Below the pieces are notes generated by a model that was given only the letters and a program-made list of their open reading frames with translations, was not told the DNA's origin and did no database searches. A program made the position numbers and the translations under genes. Of a stretch of DNA of 64,000 nucleotides, positions 38,806 through 51,400 are shown in pieces (positions within the stretch are counted from its first letter, which is position 1; each line of letters opens with the position of its first letter). This DNA comes from Diadema antillarum (lineage: Eukaryota), in NCBI RefSeq assembly GCF_040938485.1, contig NW_027271251.1, positions 1,426,001 through 1,490,000 of the forward strand, in the 5' to 3' direction.

Positions 38806-41800
38806 CTTTGGAGGAGGAGGACGTGGGGGTGGTGATATTGATGTGGATGCAAACATCAAAAAACCTGATGTTGATATAGAAGGTGATGTTAAACTTCCCT
38901 CTGGTGGCGTCGAGGGAGGTATAGACGTAGATGCCAAAGGACCAGATGCTGATCTGTCTGTGGATGGACCGAACTTGGATGTGTCCGGCGGAGGAGATAT
39001 TGATGTGAAAGGCAGTGGCAAAAGCAAAGGAGGGTTTGGCTTCGGCCTGAAAATGCCAAAATTTAAGGGACCCAACTTTGGAGGTGGAGGACATGGCAGT
39101 GGTGATATTGATGTGGATGCAAATATAAGAAAGCCTGATGTCGATGCAGATATTGCCAAGCCAGAAGTTGATGTGAATGTCAAGACGGCCAAACCTGACC
39201 TAGATGTAGGGGGAGGAGTCGCACTACATGCTGGTGGGGACATGGATGTGAAAGGGCCAGATGTTAGTGCCTCTGTGGATGGTCCAGACATGGATTTTGA
39301 CGGAAAGGGAAAAAAGAAGGGAGGATTTTCCTTTGGTGTCAAAATGCCCAAGTTCAAAGGCCCTAATTTTGGTGGAGGAGGACGTGGCGATATCGATGTA
39401 GATGCAAGCATAAAAAAACCTGATGTTGATGTTGAGGGTGATGTCAAGCTTCCCTCTGGTGGCATTCAAGGAGATGTAGACATAAATGCCAAAGGACCAG
39501 ATGCTGATCTGTCTGTGGATGGACCTGACTTAGATGTGTCTGGAGGAGGAGATGTTGACATAAAAGGCAAAGGGAAAAAGAAAGGAGGGTTTGGCTTCAG
39601 CTGGAAAATGCCCAAGTTCAAAGGGTTCAACTTCGGTGGAGGAGCTGATGCTGATATTGATGTAGATGCAGATGTCAAGAAACCAGACATGGACATCAAG
39701 ACAGATGCCAACCTTCCATCTGGTGGCATTGAAGGAGGTGTAGACGTAGATGTCAAAAGACCAGATCCTGATTTATCTGTAGATGGTCCTGATGCAAAAA
39801 TTTCTGGTGGAAGAGATGTTGACATAAAAGGCAGTGGCAAAAGCAAAGGAGGCTTTGGATTTGGCCTGAAAATGCCCAAGTTTAAGGGACCCCACTTTGG
39901 CGGAGGAGGACATGGCAGTGGTGACATCGATATGGATGCAAACATAAAAAAACCTGATGTTGATGTTGAAGGTGATGTCAAGCTTCCCTCTGGTGGCATT
40001 GAAGGAGGTATAGACATAGATGCCAAAGGACCAGATGCAGATCTGTCTGTGGATGGACCTGACTTGGATGTGTCAGGTGGAGGGGACATCGATGTGAAAG
40101 GCAGTGGTAAAGGCAAAGGAGGCTTTGGATTTGGCCTGAAAATGCCCAAGTTCAAGGGACCTCATTTTGGAGGAGGAGGACATGGCAGCGCTGATTTGGA
40201 TGTCAATGCGGATATTGCAAAGCCAGAAGTTGATGTGAATGTCAAAACAGCCAAACCAGACCTAGATGTAGGGGGAGATGTAAAACTACCATCTGGAGGA
40301 CTTTCACTAGATGCTGGTGGGGATATTGATGTGAAAGGGCCAGACGTTGATGCTTCTCTAGATGGTCCAGACATGGATGTCTCTGGTGGTGTGGACATGG
40401 ATGTTGATGGAAGTGGGAAAAAGAAAGGAGGAATTGGCTTTGGTCTCAAAATGCCTAAGTTCAAAGGTCCTCACTTTGGTGGAGGAGGTCATGGCAGTGG
40501 CGATATCGATGTGGATGCCAACATCAAAAAACCTGATGTTGATGTTGAGGGTGATGTCAAGCTTCCCTCTGGTGGTATTGAAGGAGGTGTAGACATAAAT
40601 GCCAAAGGACCAGATGCTGATCTGTCTATTGATGGACCTGACTTGGATGTGTCTGGTGGAGGTGACATTGACATGAAAGGCAATGGTAAAAGCAAAGGAG
40701 GTTTTGGTTTCGACCTGAAAATGCCAAAGTTCAAAGGACCCAACTTTGGCGGGGGAGGACATGGCAGTGCTGATTTGGATGTTGATGCGGATATTGCCAA
40801 GCCGGAAGTTGATGTGAATGTCAAGACGGCCAAACCTGACTTAGATGTAGGGGGAGATGTAAAACTACCATCTGGAGGACTTGCACTTGATGCTGGTGGA
40901 GACATTGATGTGAAAGGGCCAGACGTCGATCTATCTGTGGATGGACCCGACTTGGATTTGTCTGGCGGAGGGGACATCGATATGAAAGGCAGTGGTAAAG
41001 GTAAAGGAGGGTTTGGCTTCGACCTGAAAATGCCAAAGTTCAAGGGACCCAACTTTGGCGGGGGAGGACATGGCAGTGCTGATTTGGATATCGATGCAGA
41101 TATTGCCAAGCCGGAAGTTGATGTGAATGTCAAGACGGCCAAACCTGACTTAGATGTAGGGGGAGATGTAAAACTACCATCTGGAGGACTTGCACTAGAT
41201 GCTGGTGGGGACATTGATTTGAAAGGGCCAGACATTGATGCTTCTCTAGATGGTCCAGACATGGATGTCTCTGGTGGCGTGGACATGGATGTTGATGGAA
41301 GTGGGAAAAAGAAAGGAGGGTTTTCATTTGGCGTTAAAATGCCAAAGTTCAAAGGTCCCCACTTTGGAGGAGGAGGACGTGGTGACATCGATGTGGATGC
41401 AGACATTAAAAAACCTGACATTGATGTTGAGGGAGATGTCAAGCTTCCCTCTGGTGGCATTGAAGGAGATGTAGACATAAATGCCAAGGGACCAGATGCT
41501 GATCTGTCTATTGATGGACCTGACTTGGATGTATCCGGTGGAGGAGATGTTGACATTAAGGGCAGAGGAAAAAAGAAAGGAGGGTTTGGTTTTGGCCTGA
41601 AAATGCCAAAGTTCAAAGGACCTCACATTGGAGGAGGATTACATGGGAGTGGTGATGTCGATGTGGATGCAAACATAAAAAAACCTGATGTTGACGTTGA
41701 GGGTGATGTAAAGCTTCCCTCCGGTGGCATTGAAGGAGGTATAGACGTAGATGCCAAAGGACCAGATGCTGATCTGTCTGTGGGTGGACCTGACTTGGAT

Positions 41801-44800
41801 GTGTCTGGTGGAGGAGATATTGATCTGAAAGGCAGTGGTAAAAAAAGGAAAGGATTCAGTTTTAAACTGCCAAAGTTCAAGTTTCCTCACTTTGGAGGGC
41901 ATGGCAGTGCTGACATTGATGTGGATGGGAAAGTAAAACAGCCAGACGTTGATATTGAGGGTGACGCCAACCTTCCCTCTGGTGGCATTAAAGGAGGTAT
42001 AGACGTAGATGCCAAAGGACCAGATGCTGATCTGTCTGTGGGTGGACCTGACTTGGATGTGTCTGGTGGAGGAGATATTGATGTAAAAGGCAGTGGCAAA
42101 AGCAAAGGAGGCTTTGGATTTGGCCTGAAAATGCCCAAGTTTAAGGGACCCAACTTTGGAGGAGGAGGACATGGAGGTGCTGACATCGATATGGATGCAA
42201 ACATCAAAAAACCTGATGTTGATGTTGAGGGTGATGTCAAGCTTCCCTCTGGTGGCATTGAAGGAGGTGTAGACATAAATGCCAAAGGACCAGATGCCGA
42301 TCTGTCTGTGGATGGACCTGACTTGGATGTGTCTGGTGGAGGGGACATTGATAGGAAAGGCAGTGGTAAAGGTAAAGGAGGTTTTGGCTTTGGCCTGAAA
42401 ATGCCCAAGTTTAAGGGACCCAACTTTGGAGGAGGAGGACATGGAGGTGCTGACATCGATATGGATGCCAACATCAAAAAACCTGACGTTGATGTTGAGG
42501 GTGATGTCAAGCTTCCCTCTGGTGGCATTGAAGGAGGTGTAGACATAAATGCCAAAGGACCAGATGCCGATCTGTCTGTGGATGGACCTGACTTGGATGT
42601 GTCTGGTGGAGGAGATATTGATGTGAAAGGCAGTGGCAAAAGCAAAGGAGGCTTTGGATTTGGCCTGAAAATGCCCAAGTTTAAGGGACCCAACTTTGGA
42701 GGAGGAGGACATGGCAGTGCTGATTTGGATGTCGATGCGGATATTGCCAAGCCAGAAGTTGATGTGAATGTCAAAACGGCCAAACCTGACCTAGATTTAG
42801 GGGGAGATGCAAAGCTACCATCTGGGGACATTGATGTGAAAGGGCCAGATGTTAGTGCCTCTTTGGATGGTCCAGACATGGATTTGAATGGAAAGGGGAA
42901 AAAGAAGGGTGGATTTTCATTTGGTGTCAAAATGCCCAAGTTCAAAGGCCCTAATTTTGGTGGAGGAGGACATGGCGATGTTGATGTCGATGCAAACATC
43001 CGAAAACCTGATGTTGATGTTGAAGGTGATGTCAAGCTTCCATCTGGTGGCATCGAAGGAGGTGTAGACATAAATGCAAAAGGACCAGATGCCGATCTGT
43101 CTGTGGATGGACCTGACTTGGATGTGTCTGGTGGAGGGGACATTGATAGGAAAGGCAGTGGTAAAGGTAAAGGAGGTTTTGGCTTTGGCCTGAAAATGCC
43201 CAAATTTAAGGGACCCCACTTTGGAGGAGGAGGACATGGAGGTGCTGACATCGATGTGGATGCCAACATCAAAAAACCTGACGTTGATGTTGAGGGTGAT
43301 GTCAAGCTTCCCTCTGGTGGCATTGAAGGAGGTGTAGACATAAATGCCAAAGGACCAGATGCCGATCTGTCTGTGGGTGGACCTGACTTGGATGTGTCTG
43401 GTGGAGGGGACATTGATAGGAAAGGCAGTGGTAAAGGTAAAGGAGGTTTTGGCTTTGGCCTGAAAATGCCCAAATTTAAGGGACCCCACTTTGGAGGAGG
43501 AGGACATGGAGGTGCTGACATCGATGTGGATGCCAACATAAAAAAACCTGACGTTGATGTTGAGGGTGATGTCAAGCTTCCCTCTGGTGGCATTGAAGGA
43601 GGTGTAGACATAAATGCCAAAGGACCAGATGCCGATCTGTCTGTGGATGGACCTGACTTGGATGTGTCTGGTGGAGGAGATATTGATGTGAAAGGCAGTG
43701 GCAAAAGCAAAGGAGGCTTTGGCTTTGGCCTCAAAATGCCCAAATTTAGGGGACCCCACTTTGGAGGAAGAGGACATGGGAGTGGTGATATTGATGTGGA
43801 TGCAGACATAAAAAAACCTGATGTTGATGTAGAGGGTGATGTCAAGCTTCCATCTGGTGGCATCGAAGGAGGTGTAGACATAAATGCCAAAGGACCAGAT
43901 GCCGATCTGTCTGTGGATGGACCTGACTTGGATGTGTCTGGTGGAGGGGACATTGATAGGAAAGGCAGTGGTAAAGGTAAAGGAGGTTTTGGCTTTGGCC
44001 TGAAAATGCCCAAATTTAAGGGACCCCACTTTGGAGGAGGAGGACATGGAGGTGCTGACATCGACGTGGATGCCAACATCAAAAAACCTGACGTTGATGT
44101 TGAGGGTGATGTCAAGCTTCCCTCTGGTGGCATTGAAGGAGGTGTAGACATAAATGCCAAAGGACCAGATGCCGATTTGTCTGTGGATGGACCTGACTTA
44201 GATGTGTCTGGTGGAGGAGATATTGATGTGAAAGGCAGTGGCAAAAGCAAAGGAGGCTTTGGATTTGGCCTGAAGATGCCCAAGATTAAGGGACCTCACT
44301 TTGGAGGAGGAGGACATGGAGGTGCTGACATCGATGTGGATGCCAACATCAAAAAACCTGACGTTGATGTTGAGGGTGATGTCAAGCTTCCCTCTGGTGG
44401 CATTGAAGGAGGTGTAGACATAAATGCCAAAGGACCAGATGCCGATCTGTCTGTGGATGGACCTGACTTGGATGTGTCAGGTGGAGGAGACATTGACATG
44501 AAAGGAAGTGGTAAAGGTAAAGGAGGGTTTGGCTTTGACCTAAAAATGCCAAAGTTCAAGGGACCCAACTTTGGCGGGGGAGGACATGGCAATGCTGATT
44601 TGGATATCGATGCAGATATTGCAAAGCCAGAAGTTGATGTGAATGTCAAGACGGCCAAACCTGACTTAGATGTAGGGGGAGATGTAAAACTACCGTCTGG
44701 AGGTGTTGCACTAGATGCTGGTGGGGACATTGATGTGAAAGGGCCAGATGTTGACACTTCTCTGGATGGTCCAGACATGGATGTCTCTGGTGGTGTGGAT

Positions 44801-45420
44801 GTAGATGTTGATGGAAGTGGGAAGAAGAAAGGTGGATTTTCATTTGGTGTCAAAATGCCAAAGTTCAAAGGCCCTCACTTTGGAGGAGGAGGACGTGGTG
44901 ACATCGATGTGGATGCAGACATTAAAAAACCTGACGTTGATGTTGAGGGTGATGTCAAGCTTCCCTCTGGTGGCATTGAAGGAGGTGTAGACATCAATGC
45001 CAAAGGACCAGATGCTGATCTGTCTGTGGATGGACCCGACTTGGATGTGTCTGGAGGAGGAGACATTAATGCAAAAGGCAGTGGTAAAAGCAAAGGAGGA
45101 TTTGGCTTCGGCCTGAAAATGCCCAAGTTTAAGGGACCCCACTTTGGAGGAGGAGGACATGGAGGTGGTGACATTGATGTGGATGCAGACGTCAAAAAAC
45201 CTGACATTGATGCAGAAGGTGATATCAAGCTTCCCTCTGGTGGCATTGAAGGCAGTGTAGATATAAATGCCAAGGGTCCAGATGCTGATCTGTCTGTCGA
45301 TGGACCTGACTTGGATGTTTCTGGTGAAGGAGATATTGATTTGAAAGGGCCAAAACTGAAAGGACGTGGAAGTGGCAAAAAGAAGGGCAAATTTGGCTTT
45401 GGACTAAAAATGCCTCACTT
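38485..45420 (+). repeat. Coding tandem array 1: about 26 AHNAK-like units. The main unit is 270 nt/90 aa, with ~88-aa and ~103-aa variants.
   Basis: tggcctgaaaatgccc recurs at 42121, 42391 and 42661 (270-nt spacing). I count 26 KMPK/KLPK/KMPH anchors by hand from 38511 to ~45410. Confidence 0.95.
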
Positions 45421-48400
45421 TGGATTCGGTGGGAATGGTGATGCAGAGATTGATGGGGACAAGCTAGATATCGATGCCAGTGTTAAAAAGCCGGTTGTCA
45501 ATGTTGGAGGCAACTTAGACCTTCCAAAGGCTGAAGGAGATATATCTGGACCTAATCTGAATGTTGATGGCCCCGATGGAAAAGTCAATATTACAGGTAA
45601 CATTGGAGGAGACGCTGACATCAACATAAAGCCAGAAACTGACATTAGCATCAAAGCTGAAAAACCAGACCTAGACATTGGAGGTAAGGGTAGTCTTGGA
45701 GGAGAAGTGTTGACAGGCAATGTAGGAGCTGATCTTGATGGCCCCGATGCTGATTTGGAAGCAGATTTTAAGGGAACCAAAGGGAAGAAAGGAAGCAAAG
45801 GAAAAGGAAAATTCAAATTTGGATTGAACCTTGGGACACCTAGCTTCAAACTTGGTGGTAAAGGACATGAACCAGATGCAAATCTGTCAGGAGGAGCTGA
45901 TGTAGATGGTCCAGATGTACATATTTCAGCCCATGGAAAAGCAGATGGCCCAGACATATCGCCTCGTGGAGATTCAAACTTGCCTTCTGCTTCAGTTTCA
46001 GGCTCTGTAGATGCTCCAGATTCAGGCTGGGGTTTTGGAAAGAAAAAGAAGTACAAAATTTCTGGAGGTAGCAAGAAAGATAAAGGGTTTGGCATAGGAG
46101 GCAAATTCAAAGTAGGAGGTGATGGAAGTGGAGATGCATCTCTCCATGCACCAGACGTAAACATAGGTGGAAATGTGGATGGTGATGGATCCATCACTGT
46201 TGATGGGAAAAAAGACATCAGTGCACCAGATGCAGACATAAAGTTAGGTGTGAAAGGAGGCAAGAAAAAGAAGAAAAAGGGCAAAAAATTCAGATTAGGA
46301 GGCTTCAAACTCGGGTTTGGTGGCAGTGATGAACACACTTCATCATCAGAGTCCAGTTCCAGTTCCAGTTCTGATGAAGGAGATGGCAAGGGTGGGTTTG
46401 GATTTGGATTCGGAGGTCGAAAAGGAGCAGGTGACATTGGTGCTGGGCTGTCTGTAGATGTCAAAGGACCTGATGTTGACGCAAGTGGAAATGTTCCACA
46501 AGGGAAGGGAGGATTGTCCGTGGACAAACCAGATGTTAGCATAGGAGGAGGAGGCATAAGTGGTGGTTTTGGACTTGGAGGAAATGTGGACATTGACAAA
46601 CCTGATGTTGATGTAGATGGCAATCTGCGTGGACCATCTGCTGGGCTATCTGTAAATGCCCCTGATATTGCCGGCGGAATTGGAAAAGCTGGTCTGGGAG
46701 GTGTACTCCCATCAGGAAGTCTTTCCCTTGGTGGAGGTGATGTAAGTGGGCCTGAAGTCAATATTGAAGGCAAAGGAGATCTGAGTGGTGGCATTGGAGG
46801 AATAGGAGGCATTGGAGTTGGCATGGGCGGTGCTGCATCATTACCTGATGGCAGCGCTTCCTTGCCCAGTGCTGACTTGGGTGCTGGAGGTAAAGCAGGG
46901 CTAGAGATTGGAGGTGGTGGCCTTGATGGTGCTGGAGCTGGACTTGATGCAGATATTGCTATTCCAAAAGGAAATCTTTCTTTTGGAACTAGTGGAGGAA
47001 TAGCTGCACCCGCGGGAGATCTGTCAGTGGAAAAACCAGAATTTGACATTGGTGGAAAAGCTAGTCATGACTTGGATGTTGATATCAAAAAGCCAGACGG
47101 TCCAGACGCGCAGGTAAACCTGGGTGGAGGTGGCTTTTCACTAGGTTCTGCAAAGCTAGAGGCAGGGTTAGATGTAGTGAAGCCAGAAGCTGATATCAAT
47201 ATCAAGTCAAGCCGACCTGATATAGGTGTTGATGGGAATGATGGTGTTAATGTAGAAGCTCCTGATGTGGACTTAGATATTGAAAAGCCAAAAGCTGATA
47301 TTGGATTTGGCATTGGTATTGGTGGCAAGAAGAAGGGCTCTGGCAAGAAAGGCAAAGGTGGAGGCTTTCACTTTGGCAAAATGAAATTAGGTGGTGGAGG
47401 AAAAGGACATGTTAACGGTGATGCAGAACTACCTGACCCAAGTGTATCTGGGAAGATTGCTGCACCCGATGTATCTGGTGACCTGGAAGGAGATGCCAAT
47501 CTGAAAGCAACCACAGAAGTACCAGGTTTAAATGTGACAGTTGATGTACCAGATAAGGATATTGATGTAAAAGGACCAGAACTAGATACACCATCAGGTG
47601 GTATTGGATTTGGCTTTGGAAAAAGAAGTAAAAAGGGAGGATCTGGAAAGAAAGACAAGAAAGGGAAATTCAAAATCGGTGGCAAACTAGGCTTTGGTGG
47701 CTCTGGTAGTGCAGATGTTGACCCTGAAGCAGATATCAGCTTGCCATCAGGAGAAGTAAGTGCTGACATAGATACATCTGCTAAACTGGAGGGTGACTTG
47801 GATATCAAGACAGCCAAGCCAAGCATCGGAGGTGAGGCAGAACTCAAAGCACCAAATATCTCACTTGATGGTGGAGCTGATGGTAACCTAGACATGCCTT
47901 CAGATGGAGTGAAAATTGGATCAGGTGGCAAAATTAAGGGCAAGGGCAAAAAGAAAGGTAAAGGAGGCTTTGGCCTTGGAGGCCTGAAGATTGGCTTTGG
48001 AGGCAAAGATACATCTTCTGACTCCAGTGATGAAGGGAAAACAGGACTTAACATTGGACTCAAGGGACCAGATGTAAACCTTGATGATGTAAATGTAAAT
48101 GGGGACAGTGGACTAAAAGTAGGTGGAGATATTAATGCTCCATCTACAGATGTTAATATTGGAGGTGGTCTTGACATGGGTGGAGGAGCTGATGTATCTG
48201 TAAAGCCTAGTGCTGACATAAATGTGCGCTCCAACAAGCCAGAGATGAATATTGGAGGTGCTATCCTGGGTGGAGATGTGAAAGAACCTGATATGGATGT
48301 AAAAGGCCCAGAAATTGACATTCCATCTGGTGGAATTGGCTTTGGAATTGGAAAGAAAGGAAAAACGGGATCTGGCAAAAAGGACAAGAAGGGCAAATTC

Positions 48401-51400
48401 AAAGTAGGTGGCAAGTTTGGATTTGGCTCTGGAGAGGCAGATGTAACTCCTCCATCAGTGGACATTGAAGGTGATATTGATGCCGATGGTAAAGGGGGTG
48501 CAGTTCCTGAGGTAGATGCTCCTGAAGGTGGCTTTGGCCTGAAGTTTGGGAAGAAAAAAGGAAAGAAAGATGGATCTGGAAAGAAGGACAAGAGTGGCAA
48601 GTTCAAGATAGGAGGAAAACTTGGATTTGGTGCTTCAGGAGGTAACAACATAGATGTAAAGGAACCTGAAGGAGCCGTCTCTCTACCATCAGCAAAAATT
48701 GACATTGGCGGGACAGATGCAGATGCTGGGCTACATATAAAACCTGAAGTTGATGCCACCATTAGATCCAGCAAACCAGATGTTGATGGGGATGTTGACA
48801 TCAAACTACCGGAGAAACCAGACATTAATATTGGAGGTGTTGGCAAACTTGATGGGGGTAGGGGTATAGATGTCAATGTTGGAGGAGTCGGCATGGATTT
48901 TGACAAAGCAAACATGGCAATTGATGGAAAAGGTGGCCTTGAAAGCAATGTTGGACTTGGTGGAGTGGATGTTTCTGCAGATGGTGGCAAACAGGATTTT
49001 AATCTTGGTGGAGTAAGTGGTATAGATGTCAATATGCCTGATGTGAAAGTGGGAAAAATTGAAGGAGGACTTGGGGTGGGTGGTGATGTGGATCTGAATG
49101 TTGATGGGGCTGTGACTGGACCCGATATCAAGGAAGAGGCAGATGGCAAGGGGAAATTTGGCTTCGGATTTGGATTTGGAAAATCAAAGGACAAATCAAG
49201 CACTTCATCAAGCAGCAGCAGTAGTAGTAGTAGTAGTTCAGACTCCAGTGATTCCGAAGGCAAGAAGAAACACAAAAGACACAAAAAGAAAAAGAAAGGC
49301 AAAAAAGGATTTGGATTTGGATTTGGATTTGGAGGGAGTGGGGATGCTGAGAAGGAGATTGATATTGGAGGCGGAGTTGATTCCTCTGGAAAAGGAAGCA
49401 TAAAGCCTGGTTTTGAAATTGATATGGAAAAACCAGATTTTAAACCAGAAGGAGGGATGAGTGTTGATTTTGGCGGTGGAGTGGATGTTCCCAGTGCAAA
49501 GATAGATGGTGAAAAATCAAATTCACAGATAGGTGGCTTTGGCGTAAATATTGGAGGAGGAGTAGGAGGTTTAGGCTTTGATGTCAAACCAAATGTTGAA
49601 GTTGGAGAGCATGAGGGAAAGGGTACAGGAATTGGAGGAGATGCTGGAATGGACTTCAATGCTGGATCTGGAATGAGGGTGGATAGTGACAAGCCAGATG
49701 TGAGCATTGGCAAACCTGAAGGTAGCATTGGTGGCAACTTGGGAGCAGGCTTTGGAGGAGGTCTTGGCGGAAGCACTGGTGGTAGTCTTGGAGGTGCTGG
49801 AGTGAGCTTAGATATTGACAAGCCAGATGTCAACATTGGCAAACCTGAAGGTAGCATTGGTGGAAACTTTGGAGCAGGCATTGGAGGAGGCCTTGGCGGA
49901 GGTGCTGGAGTGAGCTTAGATATTGACAAGCCAGATGTCAACATTGGCAAACCTGAAGGTAGCATCGATGGAAACTTGAGAGCAGGCATTGGAGAAGGTC
50001 TTGGTGGAGGTGTTGGAGTGAGCTTAGATATTGACAAGCCAGATGTCAACATTGGCAAACCTGAAGGTAGCATTGCTGGCAACTTGGGAGCAGGTTTTGG
50101 AGGAGGTCTTGGCGGAAGCACTGGTGTTAGTCTTGGAGAAGGCGCTGGAGGGAGCTTAGATATTGACAAGCCAAAAGTCAACATAGGCAAACCTGAAGGT
50201 AGCATTGGTGGAAACTTGGGAGCAGGCTTTGGAGGAGGTCTTGGTGGAAGCACTGGTGTTAGTCTTGGAGAAGGCACTGGAATGAGCTTAGATATTCAGA
50301 AGCCAGATGTCAACATTGGCAAACCTGAAGGAAGCATTGGTGGAGACCTTGGAGCAGGCATTGGAGGAGGTCTTGGCGGAGGTGCTGGAGTGAGCTTAGA
50401 TATTGAGAAGCCAGATGTCAACATTGGCAAACCTGGAGGTAGCATTGGTGGAAACTTGGGAGCAGGCTTTGGAGGCGGTCTTGGTGGAGGCACTGGTATA
50501 AGTCTTGGAGAAGGCGCTGGAGGGAGCTTAGATATTGACAAGCCAGATGTCAATATTGGCAAACCTGAAGGTAGCATTGGTGGAAACTTTGGAGGAGGCA
50601 TTGGAGGAGGTCTTGGCGGAAGTGCCGGAGCGAGCTTAGATATTGACAAGCCAGATGTCAATATTGGCAAACCTGAAGGAAGCATTGGTGGAAACTTGGG
50701 AGCAGGCTTTGGGGGAGGTCTTGGTGGAAGCACTGGTGTTGGTCTTGGAGAAGGCGCTGGAGTAAGCTTAGATATTGACAAGCCTGATGTCAACATTGGC
50801 AAACCTGAAGGAAGCATTGGTGGAGACCTTGGAGCAGGTATTGGAGGAGGTCTTGGCGGAGGTGCTGGAGTGAGCTTAGATATTGACAAGCCAGATGTCA
50901 ACATTGGCAAACCTGAAGGTAGCATTGGTGGAGACCTTGGAGCAGATATTGGAGGAGGTCTTGGAGGAGGTGCTGGAGTGAGCTTAGATATTGACAAGCC
51001 AGATGTCAGCATTGGCAAACCTGAAGGTAGCATTGGTGGAAACTTGGGAGCAGGCTTTGGAGGAGGTCTTGGTGGAGGCACTGGTGTTGGTCTTGGAGAA
51101 GGCGTTGGAGTGAACTTGGATATTGACAAGCCTGATGTCAACGTTGGCAAACCCGAAGGTAGCATTGGTGGCAACTTTGGAGCAGGCATTGGTGGAGGTC
51201 TTGGCGGAGGTGCTGGAGTGAGCGTAGATATTGACAAACCAGATGTCAACATTGGCAAACCTGATGGTAGCATTGGTGGAAACCTTGGAGCAAGCATTGG
51301 CGGAGGTCTTGGCATTGGCACTGGAGCTGGTCTTGGAGAAAGCGGTGGAGTGAGCTTAGATGTTGACAAGCCAGATGTCAACATTGGCAAACCTGAAGGA

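Noticed and set aside
38843-38845. GTG start of the 5,970-aa ORF as a separate gene
   Set aside because: It is an internal Val of a repeat unit (DIDVDANIKK). The frame is already open from 38804 and continues the upstream ORF.
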